Below are positions 27,778 through 37,929 of a stretch of DNA of 38,658 nt, piece by piece (the stretch's first letter is position 1; every line of letters begins with the position of its first letter). Both the position numbers and the translations under genes were made by a program. The stretch comes from Methylomonas sp. (GTDB lineage: Bacteria; Pseudomonadota; Gammaproteobacteria; Methylococcales; Methylomonadaceae): NCBI GenBank assembly GCA_026989715.1, contig JALSIU010000342.1, forward strand, positions 1 through 38,658, read 5' to 3'. The notes beneath the pieces were generated by a model. That model saw only the letters and a list, made by a program, of their open reading frames with translations. It had not been told where the DNA came from and made no database searches.

Positions 27778-30129
27778 ATGAAAGTCAACATGCCTGTGAC
27801 CGATCATGAAGTCATGATGAAAGAGGGGACTATTTTAGTTACGCGTACTAATTTAAAAGGCATCATTACTTATGCAAATGATGCCTTTGTTGAAATAAGT
27901 GGCTATAGCTTAGATGAATTAGTGGGTTCAAATCATAACATCGTACGTCACCCTGATATGCCATCGGTTGCCTTTCAGGATTTATGGGAGACCATTAAAG
28001 CGTTACGCCCTTGGAATCAGTTGGTTAAAAACCGTACCAAAACGGGTGATTATTATTGGGTGGAAGCGCATGTGACCCCCGTTTATAAAAATGGTATGCC
28101 AGCCGAATATCTTTCGGTACGTTACGCACCTAGTCGCGCACAAATTAATGAAGCTGAAAGCTTATACCGGCAATTAAATTCCAGTCGTGCGACGACCATC
28201 AGACCCACCGGTATGGCAAAAGTAGTGCAATCTATTAAAGAGATATCACCTGCTAAAAAAGCCGGTATTGCTGCGACGGCATTTTTGTTACCAAACTTAT
28301 TCTTGATGAAGCAGTTTTTTGATGCACAACAAATGCTACCACTGGCGGTTGTTGCAGCCTTAGCAACCTTAGCGGTTTTTGTTGGCTATAAATTAATTCG
28401 TGATTTAACCGGCGCGATGCAAAATGCGACAAGTACCTGTTATCAAATGACGGATGAAAATTTTAGAAACATCATGCCGATTGATCGTAATGATGTTGTA
28501 GGGGATTTCTATCGTGCTTTGTATGGCATGCAGGTCAAACTCAATGCGGATTTAGCTTATGCTAAACAAGTCGGTAATGAGTCTTTGCGTATTAAACAGG
28601 CATTAGATAATGTAAGTTCCTGTGTGATGGTTGCCAATAATGAGCTAGATATTATTTATATGAATAATACTGTGACACAAATGTTTCAAGATGCGGAACA
28701 AAGCATTCGACAACAGTTACCGCATTTTGATGCCAATAAATTGCTAGGTGCTAATATTGACCAATTTCATAAGAACCCGGCACATCAACGTGGTCTATTA
28801 CAGCATTTAGATAGCACTTTTAGTTCAGAATTAATAATAGGTGACTTAACAATGGGCTTTGTTGCCAACCCTGTATTGGACGCAGACGGGACTAGAACCG
28901 GCATAGTTGTTGAGTGGTTGAATAGAACGCATGAAGTGAAAATTGAGCAAGAAATTGCTGATTTAGTCGAAGCGGTACAAGCAGGTAACTTAGCAAGTCG
29001 TATTGAAACCGCAGATAAAGATGGTTTCTTTTTGAAGTTAAGTGAAGGTATTAATGATTTAACCGATGGCATTGAAGCAGTCTTCGGAGATGTTAATAAT
29101 GCGATGCAAAGTTTAGCTCAGGGAGATTTGTCTAATCATATCGCAAATGATTATGAAGGGGTTTACGGCGAGTGTAAGAATAATATTAATGCCACCATTG
29201 ATAAGCTGAGTTCAATTGTAGGACAAATTAGGGAGTCATCTGATTTTATTAATAATGCCTCACAAGAAATTGCCAGTGGTAATAATAATTTATCCGAACG
29301 GGTAGAAACGCAAGCTTCTAGTTTAGAGGAAACAGCTTCTAGTATGGAAGAGTTGACCAGTACGGTTAAAAATAATGCAGATAATGCACAACAAGCCAAT
29401 GAGATAGCGAGTACGGCAAGAATTTTGGCAGAAAAGGGCGGCACGGTCGTCACTTCTGCTGTCAATGCGATGGCTGAAATTAATGAAAGTAGTAATAAAA
29501 TTGCTGAAATTATTGGGGTGATTGATGAAATCGCCTTCCAAACTAACTTATTGGCTTTGAATGCCTCTGTTGAGGCAGCGCGCGCAGGGGAGCAAGGACG
29601 AGGTTTTTCAGTGGTAGCAACGGAAGTACGTAATTTGGCACAACGTAGTGCAACGGCGGCCAGGGAAAGTAAAGAGTTGATTCAAACCAGTATTCAACGT
29701 GTACGATCGGGTACTGAATTTGTGAATGAAACAGGTACTGCACTAAATGAAATTGTTGGCGGGGTGAAAAAAGTAGGCGATATTATCTCAGAAATTGCAG
29801 CGGCCAGTATTGAGCAATCACAAGGAATTGAACAGGTTAATCAAGCCGTATCACAAATGGATGAAATTACGCAGCAAAATGCCGCATTGGCCGAAGAGGC
29901 CTCAGCAGCCAGTGTTTCAATGAGTGATCAATCAAATAATATGACGAGCTTGTTGCAATTTTTTAATACGGGAGATAACGGAGCCAATCGTGTTAATGCC
30001 GCACCCATAACGCCGGCACCTATTTCTCCTTCCCCTGCCAAACCCACCATTAGCAAGCCTCAGGCACAAGCGATGGCAAGTAATTCATTTGTGGCAACAG
30101 GTGAAGATGATGAGTGGGATGAGTTTTAA
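27778..30129 (+). CDS. Methyl-accepting chemoreceptor: Aer-type FAD-PAS, TM, HAMP-like region, Aer2-type haem-PAS, HAMPs, MCP signal domain, C-terminal pentapeptide
   Basis: HNIVRHPDMP/VKNR..GDYYWV (Aer PAS), ALDNVS..VMVA..NIDQFHKNPAHQR..VEW (Aer2 PAS), [23 protein letters not shown], ends EWDEF. Confidence 0.93.
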   Translation: MKVNMPVTDHEVMMKEGTILVTRTNLKGIITYANDAFVEISGYSLDELVGSNHNIVRHPDMPSVAFQDLWETIKALRPWNQLVKNRTKTGDYYWVEAHVTPVYKNGMPAEYLSVRYAPSRAQINEAESLYRQLNSSRATTIRPTGMAKVVQSIKEISPAKKAGIAATAFLLPNLFLMKQFFDAQQMLPLAVVAALATLAVFVGYKLIRDLTGAMQNATSTCYQMTDENFRNIMPIDRNDVVGDFYRALYGMQVKLNADLAYAKQVGNESLRIKQALDNVSSCVMVANNELDIIYMNNTVTQMFQDAEQSIRQQLPHFDANKLLGANIDQFHKNPAHQRGLLQHLDSTFSSELIIGDLTMGFVANPVLDADGTRTGIVVEWLNRTHEVKIEQEIADLVEAVQAGNLASRIETADKDGFFLKLSEGINDLTDGIEAVFGDVNNAMQSLAQGDLSNHIANDYEGVYGECKNNINATIDKLSSIVGQIRESSDFINNASQEIASGNNNLSERVETQASSLEETASSMEELTSTVKNNADNAQQANEIASTARILAEKGGTVVTSAVNAMAEINESSNKIAEIIGVIDEIAFQTNLLALNASVEAARAGEQGRGFSVVATEVRNLAQRSATAARESKELIQTSIQRVRSGTEFVNETGTALNEIVGGVKKVGDIISEIAAASIEQSQGIEQVNQAVSQMDEITQQNAALAEEASAASVSMSDQSNNMTSLLQFFNTGDNGANRVNAAPITPAPISPSPAKPTISKPQAQAMASNSFVATGEDDEWDEF

Positions 30130-30226
30130 ACTAGAGTCTAGGTTATCGGCATGCTAAAAATATTGAAGCAGTGATTTTTATAATCATTTGATATGTACAC
30201 AATACAGTTATTAGGAAGTAAATATT

Positions 30227-30721
30227 ATGGCCAATGACGCTAAGGTTAATCAATCGAATAAAAATGCACAGTATTTGACTTTTGATTTAGCAGGAGAGAT
30301 GTATGGCGTTGAGATTTTGAAGGTACAAGAAATCAGAGGCTGGGAGGCAGTACGAGAGATTCCTAATACCCCCGATTTTATTAAAGGAGCATTAAATTTA
30401 AGAGGAGAGATTGTTCCTATTGTGGATTTGCGTATACGCTTTGCGATGGACAATATTGAATACACGCCTGTTACCGTTGTCATTGTATTGTGTGTTGATA
30501 CCCCCACCGGCAATAATGTGATGGGAATTGTCGCTGATGCCGTTTCTGATGTTTTGGATATTAAAGTATCTGATATTAAAGAAAAACCTAATTTAGGTTC
30601 TAAAATTGATACGCATTTTATGCGTGGTATGTATGTCTCTAAAGGACATATGGTGATGCTTTTAGATGTGGATAAGTTACTAAACCCTGAAGAATTTGAA
30701 GGGATAGTAGGTTTGGGATGA
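30227..30721 (+). CDS. cheW: Second CheW
   Basis: QYLTFDLAGEMYGVEILKVQEIRG, GALNLRGEIVPIVDLR, DAVSDV. Confidence 0.95.
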   Translation: MANDAKVNQSNKNAQYLTFDLAGEMYGVEILKVQEIRGWEAVREIPNTPDFIKGALNLRGEIVPIVDLRIRFAMDNIEYTPVTVVIVLCVDTPTGNNVMGIVADAVSDVLDIKVSDIKEKPNLGSKIDTHFMRGMYVSKGHMVMLLDVDKLLNPEEFEGIVGLG

Positions 30722-30734
30722 GGTTAGCATTAAT

Positions 30735-31499
30735 ATGAGTGCGAGAGTGGTTGCCATCATTAATCAAAAAGGCGGCGTTGGTAAAACGACTACTTCAACG
30801 AATCTAACACATGCTTTAGCCAAAATGGGTAAAAAAGTAACCGTGATAGATTTGGACCCACAAGGGCATCTTGCGGTCTCGTTGGGTGTAACTTCGGCAC
30901 AAGTCAGTGGAATCGATGAGGTTATGTTGGGTGAGAAAAATATTGAAGAACAAACGCTTGCGGCACGGGATAATTTACAGTTAATTGTTGCAGGGCCTAG
31001 GTTGCAAGAGATTGAACAACTAACAGAAGGTGGGGCGCAGCGCGGAGATTTACTGAGAAAAGCGTTACATGAAAATTTACAAGATCAGGATTTTATTTTT
31101 ATTGATTGTCCGCCGTCTTCAGGTGTTTTAGTGGCCAATGCCTTGTTTGCAACCGATGAAATATTAATTCCGATGACCAGCGATTTTTTAGCGTTGCAAG
31201 GTTTATCACATTTAGTCGGTACAATTAAGCGTTTTGAGCGCGCATTAAAAAAACGCTATACAATTTCTTTGGTCATGTCTCGTTATGCCACAACCCGGCG
31301 TATTTCTAAAGAGGTCTTAAGTACGATGTTAAAACATTTTCCCCAGCAAGTTCTGGCCACGGTGATTAGAGAAACATCTCTTTTGGCAGAATGTCCTAGT
31401 TTTGGCAAAACGGTCTTGGAGTATCGCCCCGGGAGCCGGTCTGCAAGAGATTTTCGTCATCTGGCTGAGGACTTCTTAGCAGGTAAGGTAATGAAATGA
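30735..31499 (+). CDS. ParA/Soj-family ATPase within the chemosensory cluster
   Basis: Deviant Walker A NQKGGVGKTT, DLDPQG, IDCPPS, LAECPSFGK; no parB next to it. Confidence 0.92.
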   Translation: MSARVVAIINQKGGVGKTTTSTNLTHALAKMGKKVTVIDLDPQGHLAVSLGVTSAQVSGIDEVMLGEKNIEEQTLAARDNLQLIVAGPRLQEIEQLTEGGAQRGDLLRKALHENLQDQDFIFIDCPPSSGVLVANALFATDEILIPMTSDFLALQGLSHLVGTIKRFERALKKRYTISLVMSRYATTRRISKEVLSTMLKHFPQQVLATVIRETSLLAECPSFGKTVLEYRPGSRSARDFRHLAEDFLAGKVMK

Positions 31500-31969
31500 C
31501 AGAAAAAGATAAAGAGAGTTTGATTGGTTATGACCCCTTAGCGTGGATGAATGATGAGACTGCAGAGGCACCTGATGCGTCATCCGAACCTGTGGCGGAA
31601 ATATTAATACCGCCTGATACGGATGTGCAAGATGTCAATACTGCGGAGCCGGTTGCAGAGACAGTTATAGAGTCTGATAGCTCTAAACTTAGTTTAGATG
31701 CAACGCTGAATATTCAGAATGTCACGCAATTACAGGAAAAGTTATTGAGTGCCTTGCATGCGAATGAGCAATTAGAAATTGATGCATCGGCAGTTAGCTC
31801 GGTAGATACGGCTAGTATGCAGTTGTTGGTTATACTGAAGCAAGAGGCGATTAAAAATAATAAAGAGCTTGTTTTTGATTTTCCTTCAGACAAATTTATT
31901 GAGGCTGCTGAATTATTAGGGATAGCTGAAATGCTGGCGGTAGATCAAGCCGCCGCAGGTTTCTTCTAA
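31496..31969 (+). CDS. STAS-domain protein with N-terminal peptide and acidic linker
   Basis: C-terminal STAS_2-like (LNIQNV..L...L, IDASAVSSVDTASMQLL, AAELLG); N-terminal LIGYDPLAWM then an E/P/A-rich linker; ATGA overlap with parA. Confidence 0.8.
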   Translation: MTEKDKESLIGYDPLAWMNDETAEAPDASSEPVAEILIPPDTDVQDVNTAEPVAETVIESDSSKLSLDATLNIQNVTQLQEKLLSALHANEQLEIDASAVSSVDTASMQLLVILKQEAIKNNKELVFDFPSDKFIEAAELLGIAEMLAVDQAAAGFF

Positions 31970-32000
31970 TTATTTATAGCACAAAGGAATAAATATCATC

Positions 32001-32834
32001 ATGGCAGAAAAACAACGGGAATTTGAGTATACACGTGCAGATTTCGAGGAATTAAGGAAAATATCGAATAGTCATTCCGGCATTATTGTGACCGATGATA
32101 AATTTGATATGTTTTATTCACGTTTATCTAAGCGAATTAGAATGTTAGGTTTGCCTAATTTTAAAGCGTATTGCCAGTACCTAAAAGACAATGAAGCCAC
32201 TGAGTTTACCGATTTTATCAATGCGATTACGACTAATTTGACCGCATTTTTTCGTGAAAATCATCATTTTGAATATGTCAAAGAGGTGATTATTCCGGAG
32301 CTATTAAAACGTAATAATGCCAGTCGTGAAATTAAAGTATGGTCGGCGGGGTGTTCTACAGGTGAGGAGCCTTATTCTATTGCGATGACCTTACTGGAAA
32401 ATTTGCCGACTGGGTGGACGGTAAAAATTTTGGCAACTGACCTAGATACTAATGTTTTACAAACGGCAGCCAGTGGTATTTACAGTAATGACCGAATTAG
32501 TGGCTTATCTATAGAGCGACAAAAAAGATGGTTTAAAAAAGGTAAAGGCGCAAATGCCAATAAAGTGAAGGTAAAACCTGAACTACAAGCGTTAATTCGC
32601 TTTAAACAATTGAATCTGATGCAAGATTGGCCGATGAAAGGGCTGTTTGACTTTATTTTTTGCCGTAATGTTATTATTTATTTTGATCGGGACACAAAAG
32701 AGACCTTGGTTAACCGGTATAGTGCTTATTTAGCCACAGGGTCACATTTATTAATTGGCCATTCTGAGTCCTTGCATCAGCTGGAGACAGATTTTGACTT
32801 GATTGGCAACACCATTTATCGCAAAGTGAGGTAG
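32001..32834 (+). CDS. cheR: Chemotaxis methyltransferase CheR
   Basis: NAITTNLTAFFRENHHF, WSAGCSTGEEPYSIA, ATDLD, IFCRNVIIYF, GHSESL. Confidence 0.97.
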   Translation: MAEKQREFEYTRADFEELRKISNSHSGIIVTDDKFDMFYSRLSKRIRMLGLPNFKAYCQYLKDNEATEFTDFINAITTNLTAFFRENHHFEYVKEVIIPELLKRNNASREIKVWSAGCSTGEEPYSIAMTLLENLPTGWTVKILATDLDTNVLQTAASGIYSNDRISGLSIERQKRWFKKGKGANANKVKVKPELQALIRFKQLNLMQDWPMKGLFDFIFCRNVIIYFDRDTKETLVNRYSAYLATGSHLLIGHSESLHQLETDFDLIGNTIYRKVR

Positions 32835-32839
32835 TTTGA

Positions 32840-33484
32840 GTGACACATAGCGCACACGGGCAAATTGCAAGCCCTTCTATAGAAGGTTTTGAAGCGATTA
32901 AGCGTTATTGGGATAAGCGTAATAATATTGTTGCCGCTAAATTATTACCGGGTGAATATTATGTTACGTTGGAGAATGAGCTGATTACAACCGTATTAGG
33001 CTCTTGTATTTCAGCCTGTATTTGCGACCCGATTTCCGGCGTGGGGGGAATGAATCATTTTATGTTGCCGGAAACCTCTAAAGACCGTTTGCGTTCACAG
33101 AGTGAGGCTGTTGTCGGTAATGCAACGCGTTATGGTAACTATGCCATGGAACATCTTATTAATGTTATTTTAGCAAATGGTGGCAAGCGTAAAAACTTAC
33201 AAGTTAAACTATTTGGTGGCGGTAAAATTATTCCGACGATGAGCGATGTGGGGGAGCGAAATATTCAGTTTGTTTTAGAATATGTCGATGCGGAAGCATT
33301 AAAACTACTTGCGCAGGATTTGGGGGATATTTATCCGCGTAAGGTGAATTTTTACCCGAAGACCGGTAAAGTAAAAATGAAAAAAATTCAAGATATTCAT
33401 AATGAAACACTAGCTATTCGGGAGAGACGTTATGGCAGTAGTATTAAGGATATGCCAGTTGAAAGTGAAATCGAATTATTCTAA
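32840..33484 (+). CDS. cheD: Chemoreceptor glutamine deamidase CheD
   Basis: KLLPGEYYV, TVLGSCISAC, GGMNHFMLP, RYG.YAME.LIN, KLFGGG, PRKV.F.P. Confidence 0.96.
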   Translation: MTHSAHGQIASPSIEGFEAIKRYWDKRNNIVAAKLLPGEYYVTLENELITTVLGSCISACICDPISGVGGMNHFMLPETSKDRLRSQSEAVVGNATRYGNYAMEHLINVILANGGKRKNLQVKLFGGGKIIPTMSDVGERNIQFVLEYVDAEALKLLAQDLGDIYPRKVNFYPKTGKVKMKKIQDIHNETLAIRERRYGSSIKDMPVESEIELF

Positions 33485-33496
33485 AGGATGTGAGCC

Positions 33497-34567
33497 ATGA
33501 GCAAAATACGTTTATTAATTATTGATGACTCTGCGTTAATACGCACGATGTTGACGAAAATATTTGAAACATCAGATGCGATTGAGGTGGTAGGAACAGC
33601 AGCTGACCCTATTATTGCAAGAGATAAAATAAAAAAATTGCACCCTGATGTGTTAACGCTCGATATTGAAATGCCGCGGATGGATGGGTTGACCTTTTTA
33701 CGCAATTTGATGCGTTTGCGCCCAATGCCGGTCATTATGATTTCAACGCTAACGGAAAAAGGTGCCGCGATTACCTTAGAAGCATTGGCAATGGGGGCGG
33801 TTGACTTTGTTGCCAAGCCTAAAGTCGATGTATCAAATACCTTGCAAAGTTACGCTGAGGATCTAATTGAAAAAGTCAAAGTCGCCGCAAATGCACATAT
33901 TCATTCTGCAAAAAATACCACAATAGCTGCTCCTAAAGCCGCTGAAAAGTTAAATGCTGATGCGATTATTCCAGCGGCGATTCCTAAAAATCACTTTGCG
34001 AAAACTGAGAAAATTATTGCTTTAGGTTCTTCAACCGGTGGAACTGAGGCGGTTAAAGCGGTTGTGAAAGATTTACCTAACACCACACCGGCAATTGTTA
34101 TTTCACAGCATTTACCGGTGGCATTTAGTGCCTCTTTTGCCAAACATGTTGATGAAGTCACTGCAATGACAGCGTGTGTGGCTGAAGAAGGTCAAGAGAT
34201 TAGAGCAGGCCATATTTATATTACCCCCGGTGATAAACATTTATTGGTTGTCAGAGAAGGGCAGCGTTATGTGTGTCAATTAAATGATGGGCCTTTGGTT
34301 AATCGTCATAAGCCATCTGTTGAAGTGATGTTTCGTTCGGTTGCACAAAATGTAGGTAGTAATGCAATTGGTGTTATGTTGACAGGCATGGGGGCGGATG
34401 GTGCAGTTGCTATGAAAGAAATGTTAGAGGCTGGAAGTATTAATGTTATTCAGGATGAGGCAAGTAGTGTTGTTTGGGGAATGCCGGGTGAAGCGTATCG
34501 GCAAGGGGCGGCACATTATGTACAGCCACTCGATAAGATAGCGGCGCAAATACTGGCTTTGGTTTAA
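33497..34567 (+). CDS. cheB: Chemotaxis methylesterase CheB (REC plus esterase)
   Basis: LDIEMPRMDG, GSSTGG, QHLP, HKPSV, LTGMGADG, WGMP. Confidence 0.97.
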   Translation: MSKIRLLIIDDSALIRTMLTKIFETSDAIEVVGTAADPIIARDKIKKLHPDVLTLDIEMPRMDGLTFLRNLMRLRPMPVIMISTLTEKGAAITLEALAMGAVDFVAKPKVDVSNTLQSYAEDLIEKVKVAANAHIHSAKNTTIAAPKAAEKLNADAIIPAAIPKNHFAKTEKIIALGSSTGGTEAVKAVVKDLPNTTPAIVISQHLPVAFSASFAKHVDEVTAMTACVAEEGQEIRAGHIYITPGDKHLLVVREGQRYVCQLNDGPLVNRHKPSVEVMFRSVAQNVGSNAIGVMLTGMGADGAVAMKEMLEAGSINVIQDEASSVVWGMPGEAYRQGAAHYVQPLDKIAAQILALV

Positions 34568-34587
34568 TTTAATATTAGGAGAGCCAC

Positions 34588-35787
34588 ATGTCGCACTTTA
34601 TAAAAAAAATTATTTGGCCCTGCCTAATCACGATTAGCACATTATTCCTACCTTTATTTTTTACAACTGACATCCTTTATTGGCTTGTCATTCCTGGTTT
34701 GTTTGTTATGTGGAGCTTTACTCTGTATCAAGTTTATCAAGCAGGCCTTATTGCCGATGTAGATGAGACAGATAATAGGCAACAGGCGCATAGCGCGATA
34801 GATAATTATGCGAATATGTTGCAACAATGCACTGAACAGGAAATTATTGATATAAGCAGTGAGCTGGAGCAAGTGAAAAAAATTGTTTCTGATGCAGTAT
34901 ATACTTTGTCGAATAGCTTTAATGAAATGCATCGTTTAAGCGTGAAACAAACGACTGCGATGCATGCTTTAGTGAATAACTTAGAGGGTAGTGTTGATGG
35001 TGAAGAGCATAATTCCGTCAATTTCCAACAGTTTGCAGAAGAAACCGATACTGTTTTAGCCTCTTTTATAGAGCATATTCTATCCGTTAGTAAGCAGAGT
35101 ATGCAAATGGTAGGGGTCGTGAATGATGTGGATGATCATATGCAAAAAATTAGTTCGTTATTAACCGATGTACAGGGCATTGCTGACCAGACTAACTTAT
35201 TGGCACTGAATGCGGCGATTGAAGCGGCTAGAGCGGGTGAAGCAGGGCGGGGGTTTGCTGTGGTAGCAGATGAGGTTAGAAACTTATCCAAACATTCTGA
35301 TAAGTTTAGCGAAGAGATTAAAAAAGTGGTCAATGATTCGCGTAAAAATATTAATGACGCTAAAGCTATGATTGAACAGATGGCCTCAAAAGATATGAGC
35401 GTTGCCATTACCTCTAAATCACATATTGATGAGATGATGCATGATATAGGTATCATGAATGCTAATATCGCCACACAGTTAAATGAAGTTTCTGGGTTGA
35501 ATAGTCAAATGGAGGTGGCAGTTGGTGGTGCTATCAGGTCATTGCAATTTGAAGATTTGGCGCGGCAACAGCTTGAATTTTTACAAGCGAATACACAGCA
35601 TTTTCAGGCACTGTGTGATGAAGTAAAGGTAGGGCTGGCAGGCTTTAAGGTGATAGGTGAGAATAATATTAGTGAATTGTCAGCAGGCGTGCAGCGTTTT
35701 AAAGAGATGCGTACGCAGTGGCAAATAAAAGAAAAAAAGGCCGTCTCTCAGGATACGATGGAAGAAGGTGATATCGATTTATTTTAA
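34588..35787 (+). CDS. McpA-like short chemoreceptor (N-terminal TM hairpin, no periplasmic sensor)
   Basis: Two adjacent hydrophobic helices, [34 protein letters not shown], late SLQFED motif, ends EEGDIDLF. Confidence 0.88.
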   Translation: MSHFIKKIIWPCLITISTLFLPLFFTTDILYWLVIPGLFVMWSFTLYQVYQAGLIADVDETDNRQQAHSAIDNYANMLQQCTEQEIIDISSELEQVKKIVSDAVYTLSNSFNEMHRLSVKQTTAMHALVNNLEGSVDGEEHNSVNFQQFAEETDTVLASFIEHILSVSKQSMQMVGVVNDVDDHMQKISSLLTDVQGIADQTNLLALNAAIEAARAGEAGRGFAVVADEVRNLSKHSDKFSEEIKKVVNDSRKNINDAKAMIEQMASKDMSVAITSKSHIDEMMHDIGIMNANIATQLNEVSGLNSQMEVAVGGAIRSLQFEDLARQQLEFLQANTQHFQALCDEVKVGLAGFKVIGENNISELSAGVQRFKEMRTQWQIKEKKAVSQDTMEEGDIDLF

Positions 35788-35838
35788 TCAAAAATAAGCT
35801 GTAAAAATTTAACAATTATACTTTTAAGGAAAGATAAA

Positions 35839-36144
35839 ATGCCGGTTGAAGTACATAAAGATGCAAGTAAGAGTGAGTTAAAAATTAATGTTTCAGGGCG
35901 ATTTGATTTTAGTTTGAATCAAGATTTTCGTAAAGTTTCTGAGCAAGATGCCGTTGGCATTAAGTCGATTATTGTTGATTTGGGGCGTACTGAGTATGTG
36001 GATAGTTCAGCACTAGGTATGCTGTTGGTTTTGCGTGATAAAGTCGGTGATAACCAGGCCGCGATCAGAATTGTTAACGCGCGACCTGATGTTAAAAAAA
36101 TACTAAAGATTGCTAATTTTGATAAATTATTTACATTGGTTTAA
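35839..36144 (+). CDS. STAS anti-sigma-factor antagonist, HsbA-like
   Basis: 101 aa, SGRFDF..QDFR, YVDSSALGMLL with Ser56, VKKILKIANFDKLF. Confidence 0.9.
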   Translation: MPVEVHKDASKSELKINVSGRFDFSLNQDFRKVSEQDAVGIKSIIVDLGRTEYVDSSALGMLLVLRDKVGDNQAAIRIVNARPDVKKILKIANFDKLFTLV

Positions 36145-36163
36145 TCCATAAGGTAATGATGTG

Positions 36164-37870
36164 ATGCAAAATACCGAGGCAGTGGCTCAAGAGGCTAGAG
36201 CAAAAATTTTAGTTGCAGATGATAGTCGTACGCAGTGTTTATTACTGACTAAAATTCTTGAGCAGGCAGGGTACCAGGTAATCACCGCTGTAGATGGTGT
36301 GGAGGCTGTCCGTTTATTTAAAAAATGCTCCCCTGATTTAATTATTTTAGATATTCTAATGCCTAATATGGATGGCTTAGAAGCGGCTACTTTAATTAAA
36401 AAAGAGTTAGCAGATAATTATGTGCCGATTATTTTTATCACGGAGCTAAATACAGATAAAAGCTTACAGAAATGTATTGATGTGGGTGCAGATGATTTTG
36501 TACATAAGCCATTTAGATCGGTTGCTTTAGTCGCTAAAATTCATTCTTTATTGTATGTAAAACAGCTATATCAGGAGCAATATTTACAAAAACAACAATT
36601 AATAGAGTACCAACAACATTTAGCGCAAGAAGAAGCCATTGCAGCCACTTTGTATGAAAATATTATTCATGCCGGTTTTTTGGAAGTCGCGGAAGCAAAA
36701 TACTTTTTATCTCCGATGGCTTTATTCAATGGCGATGTTTTTTTAGTGGCAAAAACGCCCGGTAACCAATTGTATGTATTTCTAGGCGACTTTACAGGAC
36801 ATGGTTTATCGGCATCTTTTGGTTCAGGGCCTGTTGCCGAAATTTTTTATGGCATGACCGCAAAAGGATTTGGCATATCAGAGATTATTGCGGAAATAAA
36901 CCGTAAAATGAAAAATTTGTTGCCGATTAATATGTTTTTAGCGGCGACCATCGTGGCGTTTTTTACTGACACCCAGTCAATTAATTTGATAACGTGCGGC
37001 TTGCCGGATCACTATTTATGCAATACCGAATCAAGAAAATTGCAGATTATTCCATCAAAAAACTTACCTTTAGGGATTGTGGATAGTTTTGAGCCAAATC
37101 AACAAGTTTTTCAAGTAGGGTCAGGTGATTATTTGTATTTATTTACCGATGGTGTTATTGAAGCTGAAAATATGCAAGGCGAGCCATTTGCTGCAACGGG
37201 TGTTATCGAGAGCATTAAGCAAGAAAAAAAGGGGTATGATGCAATTTTAGCGGCTTTAAATGAGCATACCAAAGGGCTGGAGCAACAAGATGATATTACT
37301 TTGGTTGAATTGCAATGTAATGTGATAGATGCGCAATGGATGCAAATGGAAACTAAGGTTAAGCATGATGCCTTACAAGCATTGCCTTGGAAAATGTCGA
37401 TGGAATTTCAGGCGGCAACCTTAAAACATGTAAATCCTGTCCCGATTGTTATTAATTCCATTATGGAAATACAAAATTTCCTAGAACATCGTGAGACGAT
37501 TTTTTTAATTGTGACCGAACTGTTTGCTAATGCACTAGATCATGGCTTGTTAAAGCTTGATTCGCAAATGAAACAAACACCTGAGGGTTTTATGCAGTTT
37601 TATGCTGAGCGTGAACAACGCTTAGAGGAACTACAGAATGGCGCGATTCATTTGCACTTTAATCATCAAGCAACTGCAAAAGGTGGGCGTTTAGTCATCA
37701 AAATGCGAGATACCGGAGAGGGCTTCGATTTTAATGCAATGAACGTAGATTTAGCTGAGAACCAACAAAATTTTGGTCGAGGCATGAGTTTACTGCAAAG
37801 CTTATGTAAAGAGCTAGAGTATAGTGGGAATGGCAGTCATGTGAAAGCAGTGTATGAGTGGGAAGCATAA
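36164..37870 (+). CDS. REC + PP2C/SpoIIE phosphatase + HATPase Ser kinase, HsbR-like
   Basis: REC LDILMPNMDG; PP2C FNGD, GDFTGHGLSA, FTDG, QQDDIT; kinase ELFANALDHG, DTGEGF, GRGM. Confidence 0.92.
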   Translation: MQNTEAVAQEARAKILVADDSRTQCLLLTKILEQAGYQVITAVDGVEAVRLFKKCSPDLIILDILMPNMDGLEAATLIKKELADNYVPIIFITELNTDKSLQKCIDVGADDFVHKPFRSVALVAKIHSLLYVKQLYQEQYLQKQQLIEYQQHLAQEEAIAATLYENIIHAGFLEVAEAKYFLSPMALFNGDVFLVAKTPGNQLYVFLGDFTGHGLSASFGSGPVAEIFYGMTAKGFGISEIIAEINRKMKNLLPINMFLAATIVAFFTDTQSINLITCGLPDHYLCNTESRKLQIIPSKNLPLGIVDSFEPNQQVFQVGSGDYLYLFTDGVIEAENMQGEPFAATGVIESIKQEKKGYDAILAALNEHTKGLEQQDDITLVELQCNVIDAQWMQMETKVKHDALQALPWKMSMEFQAATLKHVNPVPIVINSIMEIQNFLEHRETIFLIVTELFANALDHGLLKLDSQMKQTPEGFMQFYAEREQRLEELQNGAIHLHFNHQATAKGGRLVIKMRDTGEGFDFNAMNVDLAENQQNFGRGMSLLQSLCKELEYSGNGSHVKAVYEWEA

Positions 37871-37929
37871 GTGTTTTGTGAGCAATGAATTTTATTAAAT
37901 AATCATGCCTTAATAGCTGAGTGTGTTAA

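Noticed and set aside
30143-30166. Perfect GCCGATAA on the minus strand after the Aer/Aer2 hybrid (possible antisense sigma28 promoter)
   Set aside because: The nearest TCAA is 12 nt away rather than 15, so the spacing is wrong.
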